Shown here piece after piece: positions 17,552-27,100 of a DNA stretch of 64,000 nucleotides. Made by a program: the position numbers and the translations under genes. Every line of letters begins with the position of its first letter. Within the stretch, counting starts at the first letter, position 1. The notes under the pieces were generated by a model. It did no database searches, had not been told where the DNA came from, and saw only the letters and a program-made list of their open reading frames with translations. This stretch comes from an uncultured Acidobacteriaceae bacterium (GTDB lineage Bacteria > Acidobacteriota > Terriglobia > Terriglobales > Acidobacteriaceae), in NCBI GenBank assembly GCA_963830555.1, contig CAWHMM010000004.1, positions 424,064 to 488,063 of the forward strand. The letters are read 5' to 3'.

Positions 17552-18319
17552 ATGCTTCGATCCATTCTTGCGCACCCCCTCACGCGGGGCCGGTCGATTG
17601 ATGATCCTGTCACGACGGCGCTCCGCCGCTCCATCGTCATCTCCAAACCGTTCCTTCGCGCCATTTACCGAGACTGGTATCGAGCCATTCGGGAGCGCGT
17701 GCCGGATGGCAGCGGCTCGGTGCTGGAGCTCGGCTCCGGCGCCGGCTTCTTTGAAGAGTTTCTTCCCGGCGTGATTACGTCAGAAGTTTTCGAATGCCCC
17801 GGCGTTCAACGAATCGTGGACGCGCGGCAGCTCCCCTTCGCTGCCGGCGAACTTCGCGGCATCGTGATGACCGATGTGCTGCATCACATCCCGGACGCGG
17901 CGGCGTTCTTCCGCGAGGCTGCGCGCTGTCTGCGCCCCGGCGGTGTAGTCACCATGGTGGAACCGTGGGTCTCTCCGTGGTCGCGGCTCATCTACACACA
18001 TCTGCACCACGAGCCGTTCGAACCAGGAGTCGAACGATGGGATTTTCCCGCGAAAGGCCCGCTCTCGGACGCCAATGGAGCGCTGCCCTGGATCCTTTTC
18101 GAACGCGATCGGAAACGATTCGAAGCGGAATTCCCCAGCCTGAAAATCGAAGAGATTCGCCCGATGATGCCGTTCCGCTATCTCGTCTCTGGCGGCGTTT
18201 CCATGCGCAACCTGATGCCGGGCTTCACAACTCCTCTGTGGAAGCTGGTCGAGAAGACCTGCGAGCCGCAGATGAAGCGACTGGCGATGTTTTCTTTGAT
18301 CTCACTGCGGCGGGTTTAG
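17552..18319 (+). CDS. class I SAM-dependent methyltransferase
   Basis: 255 aa. SAM motif I SVLELGSGAGFF and post-I/II blocks IVDARQLPF and LRPGGVVTMVEP. Divergent from the FkbM gene with only 20 nt between the annotated starts. Confidence 0.85.
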   Translation: MLRSILAHPLTRGRSIDDPVTTALRRSIVISKPFLRAIYRDWYRAIRERVPDGSGSVLELGSGAGFFEEFLPGVITSEVFECPGVQRIVDARQLPFAAGELRGIVMTDVLHHIPDAAAFFREAARCLRPGGVVTMVEPWVSPWSRLIYTHLHHEPFEPGVERWDFPAKGPLSDANGALPWILFERDRKRFEAEFPSLKIEEIRPMMPFRYLVSGGVSMRNLMPGFTTPLWKLVEKTCEPQMKRLAMFSLISLRRV

Positions 18320-18363
18320 TGCGGTCTCCGTCATCCGATCCGGCGAAGTTCAGAGCCGCGTGT

Positions 18364-18804
18364 TCAGTCCAGCTTGGTCACATCGATGTTCTCGTACTCA
18401 TGCGTGGCGATTGCGGCGCGGATTTGCGCCGGTGTTTTGCCGGCTTTCGTCATGCGATAGGCGTACACGCCTTCCTGCGCGCAGGTGCTGCACTCGCCAC
18501 CGTGGGTGCCGGTAAAGCAGCTCAGCAGGCTGGCGTGGCCGAGTGCGCGATCGCAGCGGCAGTTGCAGGGTAGCTGGTAGAGCACCTGCGGAATACGTCC
18601 CGCTATCGCGTATACGCGTGTCTGCCAGGGCTGCGTCAGGCCGGCGGCCTGCAGTTGCGCCGGACCGAGGACCGGGTCCAGCTTCGCTCCCGGCGCAGGT
18701 GCGGCCGTGTGATAGGCCGGCACATCATCGGTCGGAAGAGACCATTGGGCAGAGGCGCCAAGCGTCAGCAGGGCGATGGGGAGGGCGAGGAGAATGGTGC
18801 GCAT
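18364..18804 (-). CDS. secreted cysteine-rich protein with CxCxC motif (CYCXC-like family)
   Basis: 146 aa. Signal peptide MRTILLALPIALLTLGASAQ. Cys cluster LPCNCRCDRALGHASLLSCFTGTHGGECSTCAQEG. The family name is recalled from memory and was not searched. Confidence 0.6.
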   Translation of the reverse strand: MRTILLALPIALLTLGASAQWSLPTDDVPAYHTAAPAPGAKLDPVLGPAQLQAAGLTQPWQTRVYAIAGRIPQVLYQLPCNCRCDRALGHASLLSCFTGTHGGECSTCAQEGVYAYRMTKAGKTPAQIRAAIATHEYENIDVTKLD

Positions 18805-18833
18805 TGTGCTCAGGATAAGCGAAGGCTGCGCGG

Positions 18834-18876
18834 AAAAAAAAAGACGGCACGAACATTTTTGGGAATGCTCGTGCCG
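18834..18876 (-). terminator. Rho-independent terminator-like hairpin followed by a U-run (minus strand)
   Basis: The minus strand reads CGGCACGAGCAUUCCCAAAAAUGUUCGUGCCG UC UUUUUUUUU. There is an 8-bp GC-rich stem (18845-18852 / 18869-18876) plus 2 more pairs after one mismatch, then 9 U. It lies about 30 nt upstream of the 18804 start codon and about 350 nt downstream of the SDR stop. Confidence 0.6.
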
Positions 18877-19232
18877 GGAGGCCAGTGACGCAACTTGTAC
18901 TAAAACTCTCCGCGGGAGGCCTTCACCTCGACCGCTCTAACAGGATAGACGCAACAGCCGCGCGAATGTTGCTTAGATTGGCAACTTTTCTCGAAAAATC
19001 GCCGCAAACACCCCGCCGCCTGCTGTCCGCAGGCATATTCTGCTGCTCCGCTTCCAGGTAACCCGCTATTTAGCGCTTCGGCCAGGCGTGTTGTCAAGGG
19101 TTTACGACGGGATCGAAGAATATTCACTGAAGTCCACCTTGGAGCCGAGTTTCTCCGCTTCTTTGGGGCGGATGTTCAGCGTACGGCGTTGCGATGTACA
19201 AATCGGCGCGTGAAGAGCCGGCCGCAGCAACG

Positions 19233-20108
19233 TTAGAACGGAGTCCGGCCTCCGGTGGCGCCGTAGATCTCGCCTGATACATAGCTAGCATCATCGGACG
19301 CGAGGAAGACGAACACGCGCGCCAGCTCGATCGGCTGCGCCGGACGTTCGAATACTGTATTTTCGCCGAAGGTTTTCACTTTTTCGGTTCCCATGGTGGA
19401 TGGAATCAGCGGCGTCCACACGGGACCGGGCGCAACCGCGTTCACACGGACGCCCTGTTTCCCTGCGAGCTTTGCGAGGCTCTTCGTGAGGTTGGCGATG
19501 CTCGCCTTTGTTGCTGCGTACGCCAGCAGGCTTTCGCTTGGCTCGTAGGCTTGAATGGATGTGGTGTTCAGGATGACGGCGCCCGGTTTGAGCTTGGGCA
19601 TAGCCGCCCGGGTCAGGTAGAACATGCCGAAGACGTTGGTGCGAAAAGTGTTTTCAAACTCTTCCAGGGATATTTCCTCAATCGCCGCATGGGTGCGCTG
19701 AAATGCTGCGTTGTTTACGACGATATCCAGGTGGCCAAACTCTTTGAATGCCGCGGCCACCAGTGATTCTGCATATTGCGGAGATCGGAGATCGCCGGGA
19801 AGGCGAAGAATCTTACGGCCTGCCTCGGCAACGAGCGACCCTACCTCCTTTGCATCTGATTCTTCTTCGGGAAGATGGGACAGGACGATATCGGCGCCCT
19901 CACGCGCGAACGCAATAGCAGTAGCACGACCGATGCCGCTGTCGCCGCCCGTGATAATCGCAACGCGATCCATCAGTTTGTTTGTGCCTTTGTATGATTC
20001 CTCGCCGTGATCTGCCGGCGGATCCAGTTTGTGCACGGTGCCGGGCTGGCTTTGCTGTTGTTCGGGAAACGGCGGCTTGGGACCGAATTCGCGCGGGTCG
20101 GTGGGCAT
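19233..20108 (-). CDS. SDR family oxidoreductase (YghA/YhdF general-stress type)
   Basis: ORF track to 20189. ATG 20108 has GGAG 9 nt upstream. Motifs ITGGDSGIGRA, NNAA and YAATKAS (YxxxK). Collinear similarity to E. coli YghA as I recall it (PGDL..., APGPVWTPL, ...ASYV(S/T)). Confidence 0.9.
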   Translation of the reverse strand: MPTDPREFGPKPPFPEQQQSQPGTVHKLDPPADHGEESYKGTNKLMDRVAIITGGDSGIGRATAIAFAREGADIVLSHLPEEESDAKEVGSLVAEAGRKILRLPGDLRSPQYAESLVAAAFKEFGHLDIVVNNAAFQRTHAAIEEISLEEFENTFRTNVFGMFYLTRAAMPKLKPGAVILNTTSIQAYEPSESLLAYAATKASIANLTKSLAKLAGKQGVRVNAVAPGPVWTPLIPSTMGTEKVKTFGENTVFERPAQPIELARVFVFLASDDASYVSGEIYGATGGRTPF

Positions 20109-20216
20109 GACCGGTATCTCCATACATTTTGAAGTGGCGATCCCCATTGCAGGGGCGTCGAGATACACACATCTGATGCCCGAATGCATTTCGATGGATG
20201 TGCGTTTGCCGAGCGT

Positions 20217-20690
20217 TCAGCCAGTCACGTTGAGCACGCTGCAAAGCGCGTCAAGAAATGGCGCTTGTCCGCGCAATATCCGCCGCCGCGCTTCCGCAAT
20301 CGAAAACCACTCGCCTCGATCCACCTCAGGAATCTCCATCGTCCGCTGTGACCGCGGCGGCCACGCGATAGTGCAGGTGTTGCTTCGCAGGTCAGCCGGA
20401 TTGCAATCGCCCTCGAGGGCCCATGCAGAGACTGTCTTACCGCCAGGCTGCGTCAGAGAACCCAGCTCGATGAAGTGGCCCTCCGCTCTGAACCCTGTCT
20501 CTTCTTCGAACTCGCGTCTCGCGGCATCCAGAGCAGTCTCGCTCTCCGGATACGTGCCTTTTGGAATGGACCAAGCACCCAGGTCCTTCTTCGCCCAGAA
20601 AGGGCCGCCCGGGTGCACGAGAAATACCTCAGGCCGGCTCGCTCGCCAGCGGTACATCAGAAGACCGGCGCTGCGTGCTTTTGTGGCCAT
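20217..20690 (-). CDS. NUDIX hydrolase
   Basis: 157 aa. Nudix box KGTYPESETALDAARREFEEETGF. The N-terminus SAGLLMYR...VFLVHPGGPFWAKKDLGAWSIPKG is typical of the COG4119-type subgroup. Confidence 0.9.
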   Translation of the reverse strand: MATKARSAGLLMYRWRASRPEVFLVHPGGPFWAKKDLGAWSIPKGTYPESETALDAARREFEEETGFRAEGHFIELGSLTQPGGKTVSAWALEGDCNPADLRSNTCTIAWPPRSQRTMEIPEVDRGEWFSIAEARRRILRGQAPFLDALCSVLNVTG

Positions 20691-20708
20691 GAATTCTTCG
20701 GGCTGCTG

Positions 20709-21554
20709 TCAGGATTCGATTCCGTACTTCTCCGCGAGCCATCCTCTCATGGCCTTCGGCAGAGTCGAGGCGATCTCCTGCCATGTCGCCAATTGAAGCC
20801 GGGAGCGAAGCGAAGCCACTCTCACCGCGCGAGCGACGGCGAACCAGGCGTCGATCAGGTCGGGACGCCGCGCGTCGCAGATCACGCAATAGCGAGCGCT
20901 CTCCTCCGCAAACGCAGCCAGCACACCTCGAATTAGTTGATAGTGAAGATAGGCCGTATCGGTCTGCGGCAGCGCGTCGGTATCGAAGGCAGATGCGAAA
21001 TCACGATATCGCTCGACGCGGGTGCGGGGCGCACGCTGGAATTCCGTTTCGGTCAGCTTCGCTTCGATCAGCAAGTCGCCGATGCGCAGATCGATTTCCG
21101 TCCGCTCCACATGGTCGGCGATCAGCGGGATGCGCGGCATGGAGCCGAACTGCAGGCGCTCCGGCGGCTCGGTGCCAAGCAGCACGCGCAGCAGGCTGCC
21201 ATTCGCGAAGGCCTGCGGGTGGCAGAAGATATTCATCAGCAGCGCGTCAGAACTGGCGGCCGTATCGAGCTCGCTCCGCTCACAGTCATGGCTGACAAGA
21301 TTGCGGTGCGCCGAAGTGTGGGTCTTCTGAAGGCGGCGGTGCCATTCCGGTCTTCTGCAAATGCATCTATAGGAGGCGGTGTGGAAGTTGCCGTGAACTG
21401 CGTCTTCCGCCTCCCTAAAAATAACCGCGGGCAGATTCCCGATGGTGCATTCGTGCGGCAGACCATTGCTCCTGGCCCAAGCAAGTGCGCGAACGCTGAG
21501 CTCTTCCCGTAGTCTTCCGGCATAGCTGGTCATGATCTGATTCCCGGCACGCAA
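20709..21554 (-). CDS. hypothetical protein with PD-(D/E)xK nuclease-like motif
   Basis: 281-aa ORF (TTG start at 21554; ATG alternative at 21533). Candidate motif ...RTEIDLRIGDLLIEAKLTE (D-x8-ExK), preceded by SELDTAASSDALLMNIF. No other recognisable domain. Confidence 0.5.
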   Translation of the reverse strand: MRAGNQIMTSYAGRLREELSVRALAWARSNGLPHECTIGNLPAVIFREAEDAVHGNFHTASYRCICRRPEWHRRLQKTHTSAHRNLVSHDCERSELDTAASSDALLMNIFCHPQAFANGSLLRVLLGTEPPERLQFGSMPRIPLIADHVERTEIDLRIGDLLIEAKLTETEFQRAPRTRVERYRDFASAFDTDALPQTDTAYLHYQLIRGVLAAFAEESARYCVICDARRPDLIDAWFAVARAVRVASLRSRLQLATWQEIASTLPKAMRGWLAEKYGIES

Positions 21555-21762
21555 GAAGCGTCCGATCTCTGCGTGGTCATCAAGGTTAGGCGAACTCGCT
21601 GTGGAAAGGCAAAGAAAAGGCGAATACTCCGATGGCCGACAAACGGTCTAGAATGGCCAGCCTGACGAGAGTTCCGCCGATCTGGCGGCTGATTTTCCGG
21701 AGCGGCACCGCCCGCAGGCAGGCGGCCCGCGCCGTCGGATGGACATATAGAAGGAGAGACGG

Positions 21763-23898
21763 ATGAAGACCTACGCTGGAACAGAACTTCGGAACGTCGC
21801 ACTTGTGGGCCATGCGCATTGCGGAAAGACCAGCCTGATCTCCTCCATTCTGAAGACAGCAAAGATGCCTGCCGCATCCGCACGCGACAATGGCGCAGCC
21901 GTGACGGCGTATGACGAAGAAGAGATCGCCCGCGGCATGACGATGTCGAATGCAGTGGCATTTGCGGAGTGGAGCGGTACGAAGGTCAGCCTAGTCGACA
22001 CTCCGGGCTTTCACATGTTTGTGCACGAAGGCCGCGCCGCGATGCTTCCGGCCGAGACCGCGGTGATCGTGGTCAACGCGCAACATGGCATCGAGTCGGT
22101 GACAGATAGGGTGTGGAATTTCGCCGCGGAGCTCAATCTTCCGCGCGTCATCCTCATCAACCAGGTGGACCACCCCAAGGCCGACTCACGCACCGGCAGG
22201 ATGGAGATGCTCGAGACCATGCGCGAGCGCTGGGGCCGGCAGGTTGTCCCCGTGCAACTGCCGATAGTGGACCAGCATGGTTTCCATGGCGTCGTCGATC
22301 TGGTCACGATGGACGCCTACTTCTACACGCCCGATGGCGATGGGCGCGGCACCGTTGGCGCGATCCCGCACATGCTGGAAAGCGATGCGAAAGCAGCGCA
22401 CGAGGCTTTGATCGAGCTGGTGGCGGAAGGCAAGGACGAGCTGATGGAGGAGTTCTTTGCCGTCGGCACCATACCGGAGGATCATCTGATCGCCGCGCTG
22501 CATGAGGCCATTCGCGAGGACCGCATCTTCCCTGTTCTCTATGCCAGCGGCCTTCGCAATGTCGGGACGGACCATCTGCTCGACTTCCTGAAGGTCTATG
22601 CTCCCTCGCCGCAGGAGCGGCCTGCGCTGGAGGTGAGAGGAGCCGGCGGGCACGCATCGAACGGAGGCGGCGGCCACACATCCGTAGAGACGCTGCTGCG
22701 CAAAGTGGACGATTCCGAGCCGACCACTCTCTACGTGTACAAGACGATGGTCGACCCCTTCGCCGGCAGGATCTCCTTCTTCAAGGTGATCAGCGGATGC
22801 CTGAAGAATGACAGCACGGTGGAGAACTATGCGCGAGGCGAGTCGGAGCGGATGGTTCATCTCTCCGTCGTGCAGGGTCGGCAACTGATCGAGGTGAATG
22901 AGCTGCATGCGGGCGACCTCGGGGCGGTCGCCAAACTGCGCATCACGCAGACGGGCGACACGCTGGGTGCGAAAGGCCATGAGGTGTTGATCGATCCGGT
23001 GCCGGTGCCCGAGCCGGCGATGACCTACGCGATCGAACCGAAGTCGCGCGCCGATGAGGACAAGCTGGCTCCGGCGCTGCACAAGCTCATGGAGGAGGAC
23101 CTTCAGCTCCGCTTCTATCGCGATCCGCAGACGAGCGAATTTCTCGTGGCGGGCGCAGGGCAGCTTCACATCGAGACGGTTGTGTCCCGGCTGCGCCGCA
23201 GATTTCATACGGAGGTCACGCTCAAGTCGCCGAAGATTCCCTATCGCGAGACCATTCGTGCAAGTGCCGATGGTCATGGCCGGCACAAAAAACAGACCGG
23301 CGGACACGGACAGTTTGGCGACTGCAAGCTTCGCATTGAACCGCTTCCGCGAGGCAGCGGGTTTGAGTTCGTGGATGACATCTTCGGCGGTGCGATTCCG
23401 CGGCAGTTCGTTCCCGCGGTGGAGAAGGGTGTGCAGGAGTCGGCGGCACGCGGCTATCTGGCGGGTTATCCGGTAGTCGACTTCCGCGCTACCGTCCACG
23501 ACGGCAGCTATCACGATGTGGACTCGAACGAGCTGTCCTTCAAAATGGCAGGAAGGCTCGCGTTCCGTGCCTGCATGGAGCAGGCAAAGCCTGCGCTGCT
23601 GGAGCCGGTGATGCGGGTGGAGATTGAAGCGCCAGACGAGTTTGCCGGGGCTATCATGGGCGACCTGAACAGCCGGCGAGGCCGTGTGCAGGGCATGGAA
23701 ACCGCGGGCATCGGCACTGTGGTCCGCGCGCTGGTGCCGCTGGCGGAGATGCTGAGCTACGGCATGACGCTTACTTCCGTCACGCAAGGGCGCGGCAATT
23801 TCCGCATGGAGATGGACCACTACGACTTTGTACCGGCGGCCGTCGCGGAGAAGATCGTGGCCGGCGCGAAACACACGGCGCATGAGGACGAGGAGTAA
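21763..23898 (+). CDS. elongation factor G paralog (EF-G-like translational GTPase)
   Basis: 711 aa. RBS GAAGGAGAG upstream. G1 VGHAHCGKTS, G3 DTPGF, G4 NQVD. EF-G domains II-V are recognisable (LYVYKTMVDPFAGRISFFKV..., GELHIE-like GAGQLHIETVV, YHDVDSNE). No rpsL/rpsG/tuf neighbours. Confidence 0.9.
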   Translation: MKTYAGTELRNVALVGHAHCGKTSLISSILKTAKMPAASARDNGAAVTAYDEEEIARGMTMSNAVAFAEWSGTKVSLVDTPGFHMFVHEGRAAMLPAETAVIVVNAQHGIESVTDRVWNFAAELNLPRVILINQVDHPKADSRTGRMEMLETMRERWGRQVVPVQLPIVDQHGFHGVVDLVTMDAYFYTPDGDGRGTVGAIPHMLESDAKAAHEALIELVAEGKDELMEEFFAVGTIPEDHLIAALHEAIREDRIFPVLYASGLRNVGTDHLLDFLKVYAPSPQERPALEVRGAGGHASNGGGGHTSVETLLRKVDDSEPTTLYVYKTMVDPFAGRISFFKVISGCLKNDSTVENYARGESERMVHLSVVQGRQLIEVNELHAGDLGAVAKLRITQTGDTLGAKGHEVLIDPVPVPEPAMTYAIEPKSRADEDKLAPALHKLMEEDLQLRFYRDPQTSEFLVAGAGQLHIETVVSRLRRRFHTEVTLKSPKIPYRETIRASADGHGRHKKQTGGHGQFGDCKLRIEPLPRGSGFEFVDDIFGGAIPRQFVPAVEKGVQESAARGYLAGYPVVDFRATVHDGSYHDVDSNELSFKMAGRLAFRACMEQAKPALLEPVMRVEIEAPDEFAGAIMGDLNSRRGRVQGMETAGIGTVVRALVPLAEMLSYGMTLTSVTQGRGNFRMEMDHYDFVPAAVAEKIVAGAKHTAHEDEE

Positions 23899-24154
23899 CA
23901 GCGCGCCGCTCACGATTTCCGGTTATCTTATTGCGTTCCGGCAAGTGTTTCATCCATAAAGCCGGCGCGCTGATCCCAGCCGTCGAGCAGCGCTTGTCGA
24001 GCCGCCGCTGAGGAAGCGTGGTAGAATCCGCGCCAACTGGTTTGCGCAGGAATAGGAATGCCAGTCTTCCTGTTCAACCTTCGAGCATGCCCCGGACAAG
24101 TTAAAAAAAGCACTCGAACTGCAAACCTGGAACAGCGGTACTCGGAGGCGAGCC

Positions 24155-27100
24155 GTGAAACGTTTCAGCCATTGGCATTCCATCCTTGTTGTTGTCTCTC
24201 TTCTTGCAACCCCGGCACTTGTTTTGGCGCAGGCAACAACATCGCTGGGAGGCCGAGTGACAGACGCCAGCGGCGCGATTATTCCCGACGCCACCGTCAA
24301 GCTGACCTCCGTGAGCACCGGTGCATCGCGTGTGAACACGACGGCGGGCGGCGGTGAATATCAGTTCTCGCAACTCGCGCCCGGCCGTTACACGCTGAAC
24401 GTGATGGCAGCAGGCTTCGGCTCCATAGAGAAAACCAACATGGACCTGCTGGTAAGCCAGCCGGCGACCGTAAACGTGACGCTGCCGGCTGCTTCCGTCA
24501 AACAAGAGGTGACGGTCACATCCAGCGTCCAGCCGGTGCTGAACACAACCGACGCCACACTCGGCAACGCATTCGATCGCACCCAGGTCGCCTCCCTGCC
24601 GCTGGATGCTCGAAATATTCCTGACCTGTTGACGCTGCAGCCTGGAGTCACGTTCCTGGGGCGGGCCGATGACGTGCAGAGCACGCAGGGCGTAGGAAAC
24701 AATCCGACCGATTCGCGGGCCGGTTCGGTAAACGGCGGCCGCTCCGACCAGGCAAACATCACGCTTGATGGAATCGACGTAAACGACGTCAACAACGGCT
24801 ACGCCTTCACCAGCGTTCTCAGGACAACGCAGGACTCGGTGGCGGAGTTTCGGGTGACGACGAGCAATCCCAACGCGGAGGAGGGGCGGTCGTCCGGAGC
24901 GCAGGTCGCGCTGGTAACGCGCAGCGGGTCGAACAAACTGCATGGCGCGGTCTATGAATACAACCGATCGAACCTGATGGAGGCGAACGACTTCTTCAAC
25001 AAGCAGCAACAGCTCGCGTCCGGACTACCCAATCGTCCGACGAGCCTGGTGCGGAATATTTTTGGCGCTGCCATAGGTGGCCCCATAAAGAAGGACCGGC
25101 TGTTCTATTTCCTGAACTATGAGGGCCGCCGTGATTCCCAGGGCACAAGCGTGAATGCCGGAGCCGTGCCAACAGCCAATTACCGCGCGGGCAGCTTAAA
25201 GTACGAATCCCTCAATGCCAATGGCAGCGACAGCGTATATACATTGACGCCGAGCGATATGCAGCACATGGACCCGCAGGGCATTGGGAACAGCACCGCG
25301 CTGCTGCAGGTGCTGAACGCATATCCGGTGGGAAACGATCCGACGCAGGGCGATGGCCTGAACAGCATTGGCTACCGCTTTCCCTCTACCATCGCTCGCA
25401 AGTACGACACCTACATCGCACGCATCGACTGGAATGTCAGGCCGAGCGGCAAGCACACCCTGTTCTGGCGCGGGAACCTGCAGAATGATCGAGAGCCGAC
25501 GGCGCCCGCATTTCCCGGACAGCCACCGCAAACGACCGCGCTAACCAACAGCAAAGGGTTCGGGATCGGTTACACATTCCTGATCACTAACAACCTGGTG
25601 AATGACGTGCGCTACGGACTGACGCGCCAGGGCCAGAACAATGCCGGCGCTTCGAACGCGCCGATCGTTTATTTCTCATTGCTTGCACAACCGGTTTCAC
25701 CCGACCGCTCCACGTCATTCATCATTCCGGTGCAGAACCTGACTGACAACCTATCGTGGACAAAGCACAACCATAACCTCGCCTTCGGCGGAAATTTCCG
25801 CTTCATCGACGACCAGCGAGTGAGCAACGCCCAATCATTTCCGGACGGGCAGATGAACCAGGGTTGGCTGACACGCAGCTCAACCATTGCAAACAGCGGT
25901 GGCCCGTTCGATCCGCCGGTCTCCGGATACCCAGCAGTCGATTTTGCGAACTACGGGAACGAATATAACGCTGCGCTGATGAACATAGTCGGCACCATTA
26001 CCGAAGGGGACGCTGTCTACAACTACAACAAATCCGGCGCCACGCTTGCCGTCGGCGCGCCGCTGAAACGGGATTATCGCTGGAATGAGTACGAGGCATA
26101 CGCGCAGGACACCTGGAAGGTTCTGAGCAATCTAACCGTCACCTATGGAGTGCGCTACTCCTATCTGCAGGCCCCTTCTGAAACGAGCGGCACCCAGGTC
26201 GGCACCTGCCAGTTCGCGGGAAGTGTCTGCCAACCCTACTCGCTGACTCAGTACTACAACGGCAGCGCTGCTCAGGCAGCGGCAGGCGGTGCAGCCAACG
26301 ACGTGGGGGAAGTAGCCTTCAACCTGAATGGCCGCTACAATCACGCGCCGGACTTCTGGGCTCCGGACAAGAAAGACTTCGGGCCGCGGCTGGCCATTGC
26401 CTTTTCTCCAAACCCGTCGGAAGGGTTCTGGAACAAGATCTTCGGCAACCAGAAGAGCAGCATCCGCGCAGGCTACTCTCTGGTCTTCGACCACTTCGGC
26501 GCTGCATTGGTCAACGTCTTCGATACCACCGGCTCCTATGGATTGTCGTCGCACCTGTCGAACGCGCCCGGTTCCATACCTATAGAGAATGCACCGCGAT
26601 TCACGACCATCAGCGGGGTGCCGCAGTCGCTGCTGCCCGCCGCGCCTCCGGGTGGCTTTCCCGCTGTCCCGGCGTCGAGCGGAAACGGCAGCTTCGCCAT
26701 CAGTTGGGGACTGGATTCAGCTATAAAAACACCGTACTCACATCTGATCGATTTCTCAGTTGCGCGTGAGTTGCGGAATGGCTCGTCGATCGAACTGTCG
26801 TATGTCGGCCGCCTGGCGCACCGGCAACTGGCGCAGGAAGATGTGGCCATGCCTATCAATCTGCAGGTCGGCGGAACTGCTTACTTCCAGCCTGCGGCCC
26901 AGCTCGCAAAAATGGCGCGAGCCAACGTACCGGTCTCGTCCGTCGCCCAGGATCCATACTGGGAGCAGGTATTTGGCGGCCTGGACGGCCAGGACGTCGG
27001 CCTGGGCTATGGCCCATTGTCCGCAACACAGAATGTGTACGCCTTGTTTCTGAGCAATATCTACAACGAAACCTATGCGTTATATCAACTGGACACGCCG

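Noticed and set aside
19050-19110. Resemblance of AGCGGGTTACC (minus strand) to the 3' segment of c-di-GMP-I (GEMM) riboswitches
   Set aside because: The upstream part lacks the conserved GCAAA / ACGCAAAGCC-type elements and the two-hairpin layout I would expect. An 11-nt similarity alone is not evidence.
18900-19127. 75-aa minus-strand ORF (GTG start, AAGGTGGA 5 nt upstream, five Cys) ending just before the terminator hairpin
   Set aside because: Third-codon-position G+C is only about half of codons by my hand count, and rare codons are frequent (CGA, CTA, TTA, AGA, ACA), unlike neighbouring genes. There is no signal peptide or motif. It remains possible as a small protein. Ribo-seq or conservation of the frame would decide.
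22186-23913. 575-aa ORF antisense to the EF-G paralog
   Set aside because: It fully overlaps a gene with unmistakable EF-G motifs. Its translation is Arg/Leu/His/Ala-rich low complexity with no motif. This is the usual open antisense frame of high-GC coding DNA.
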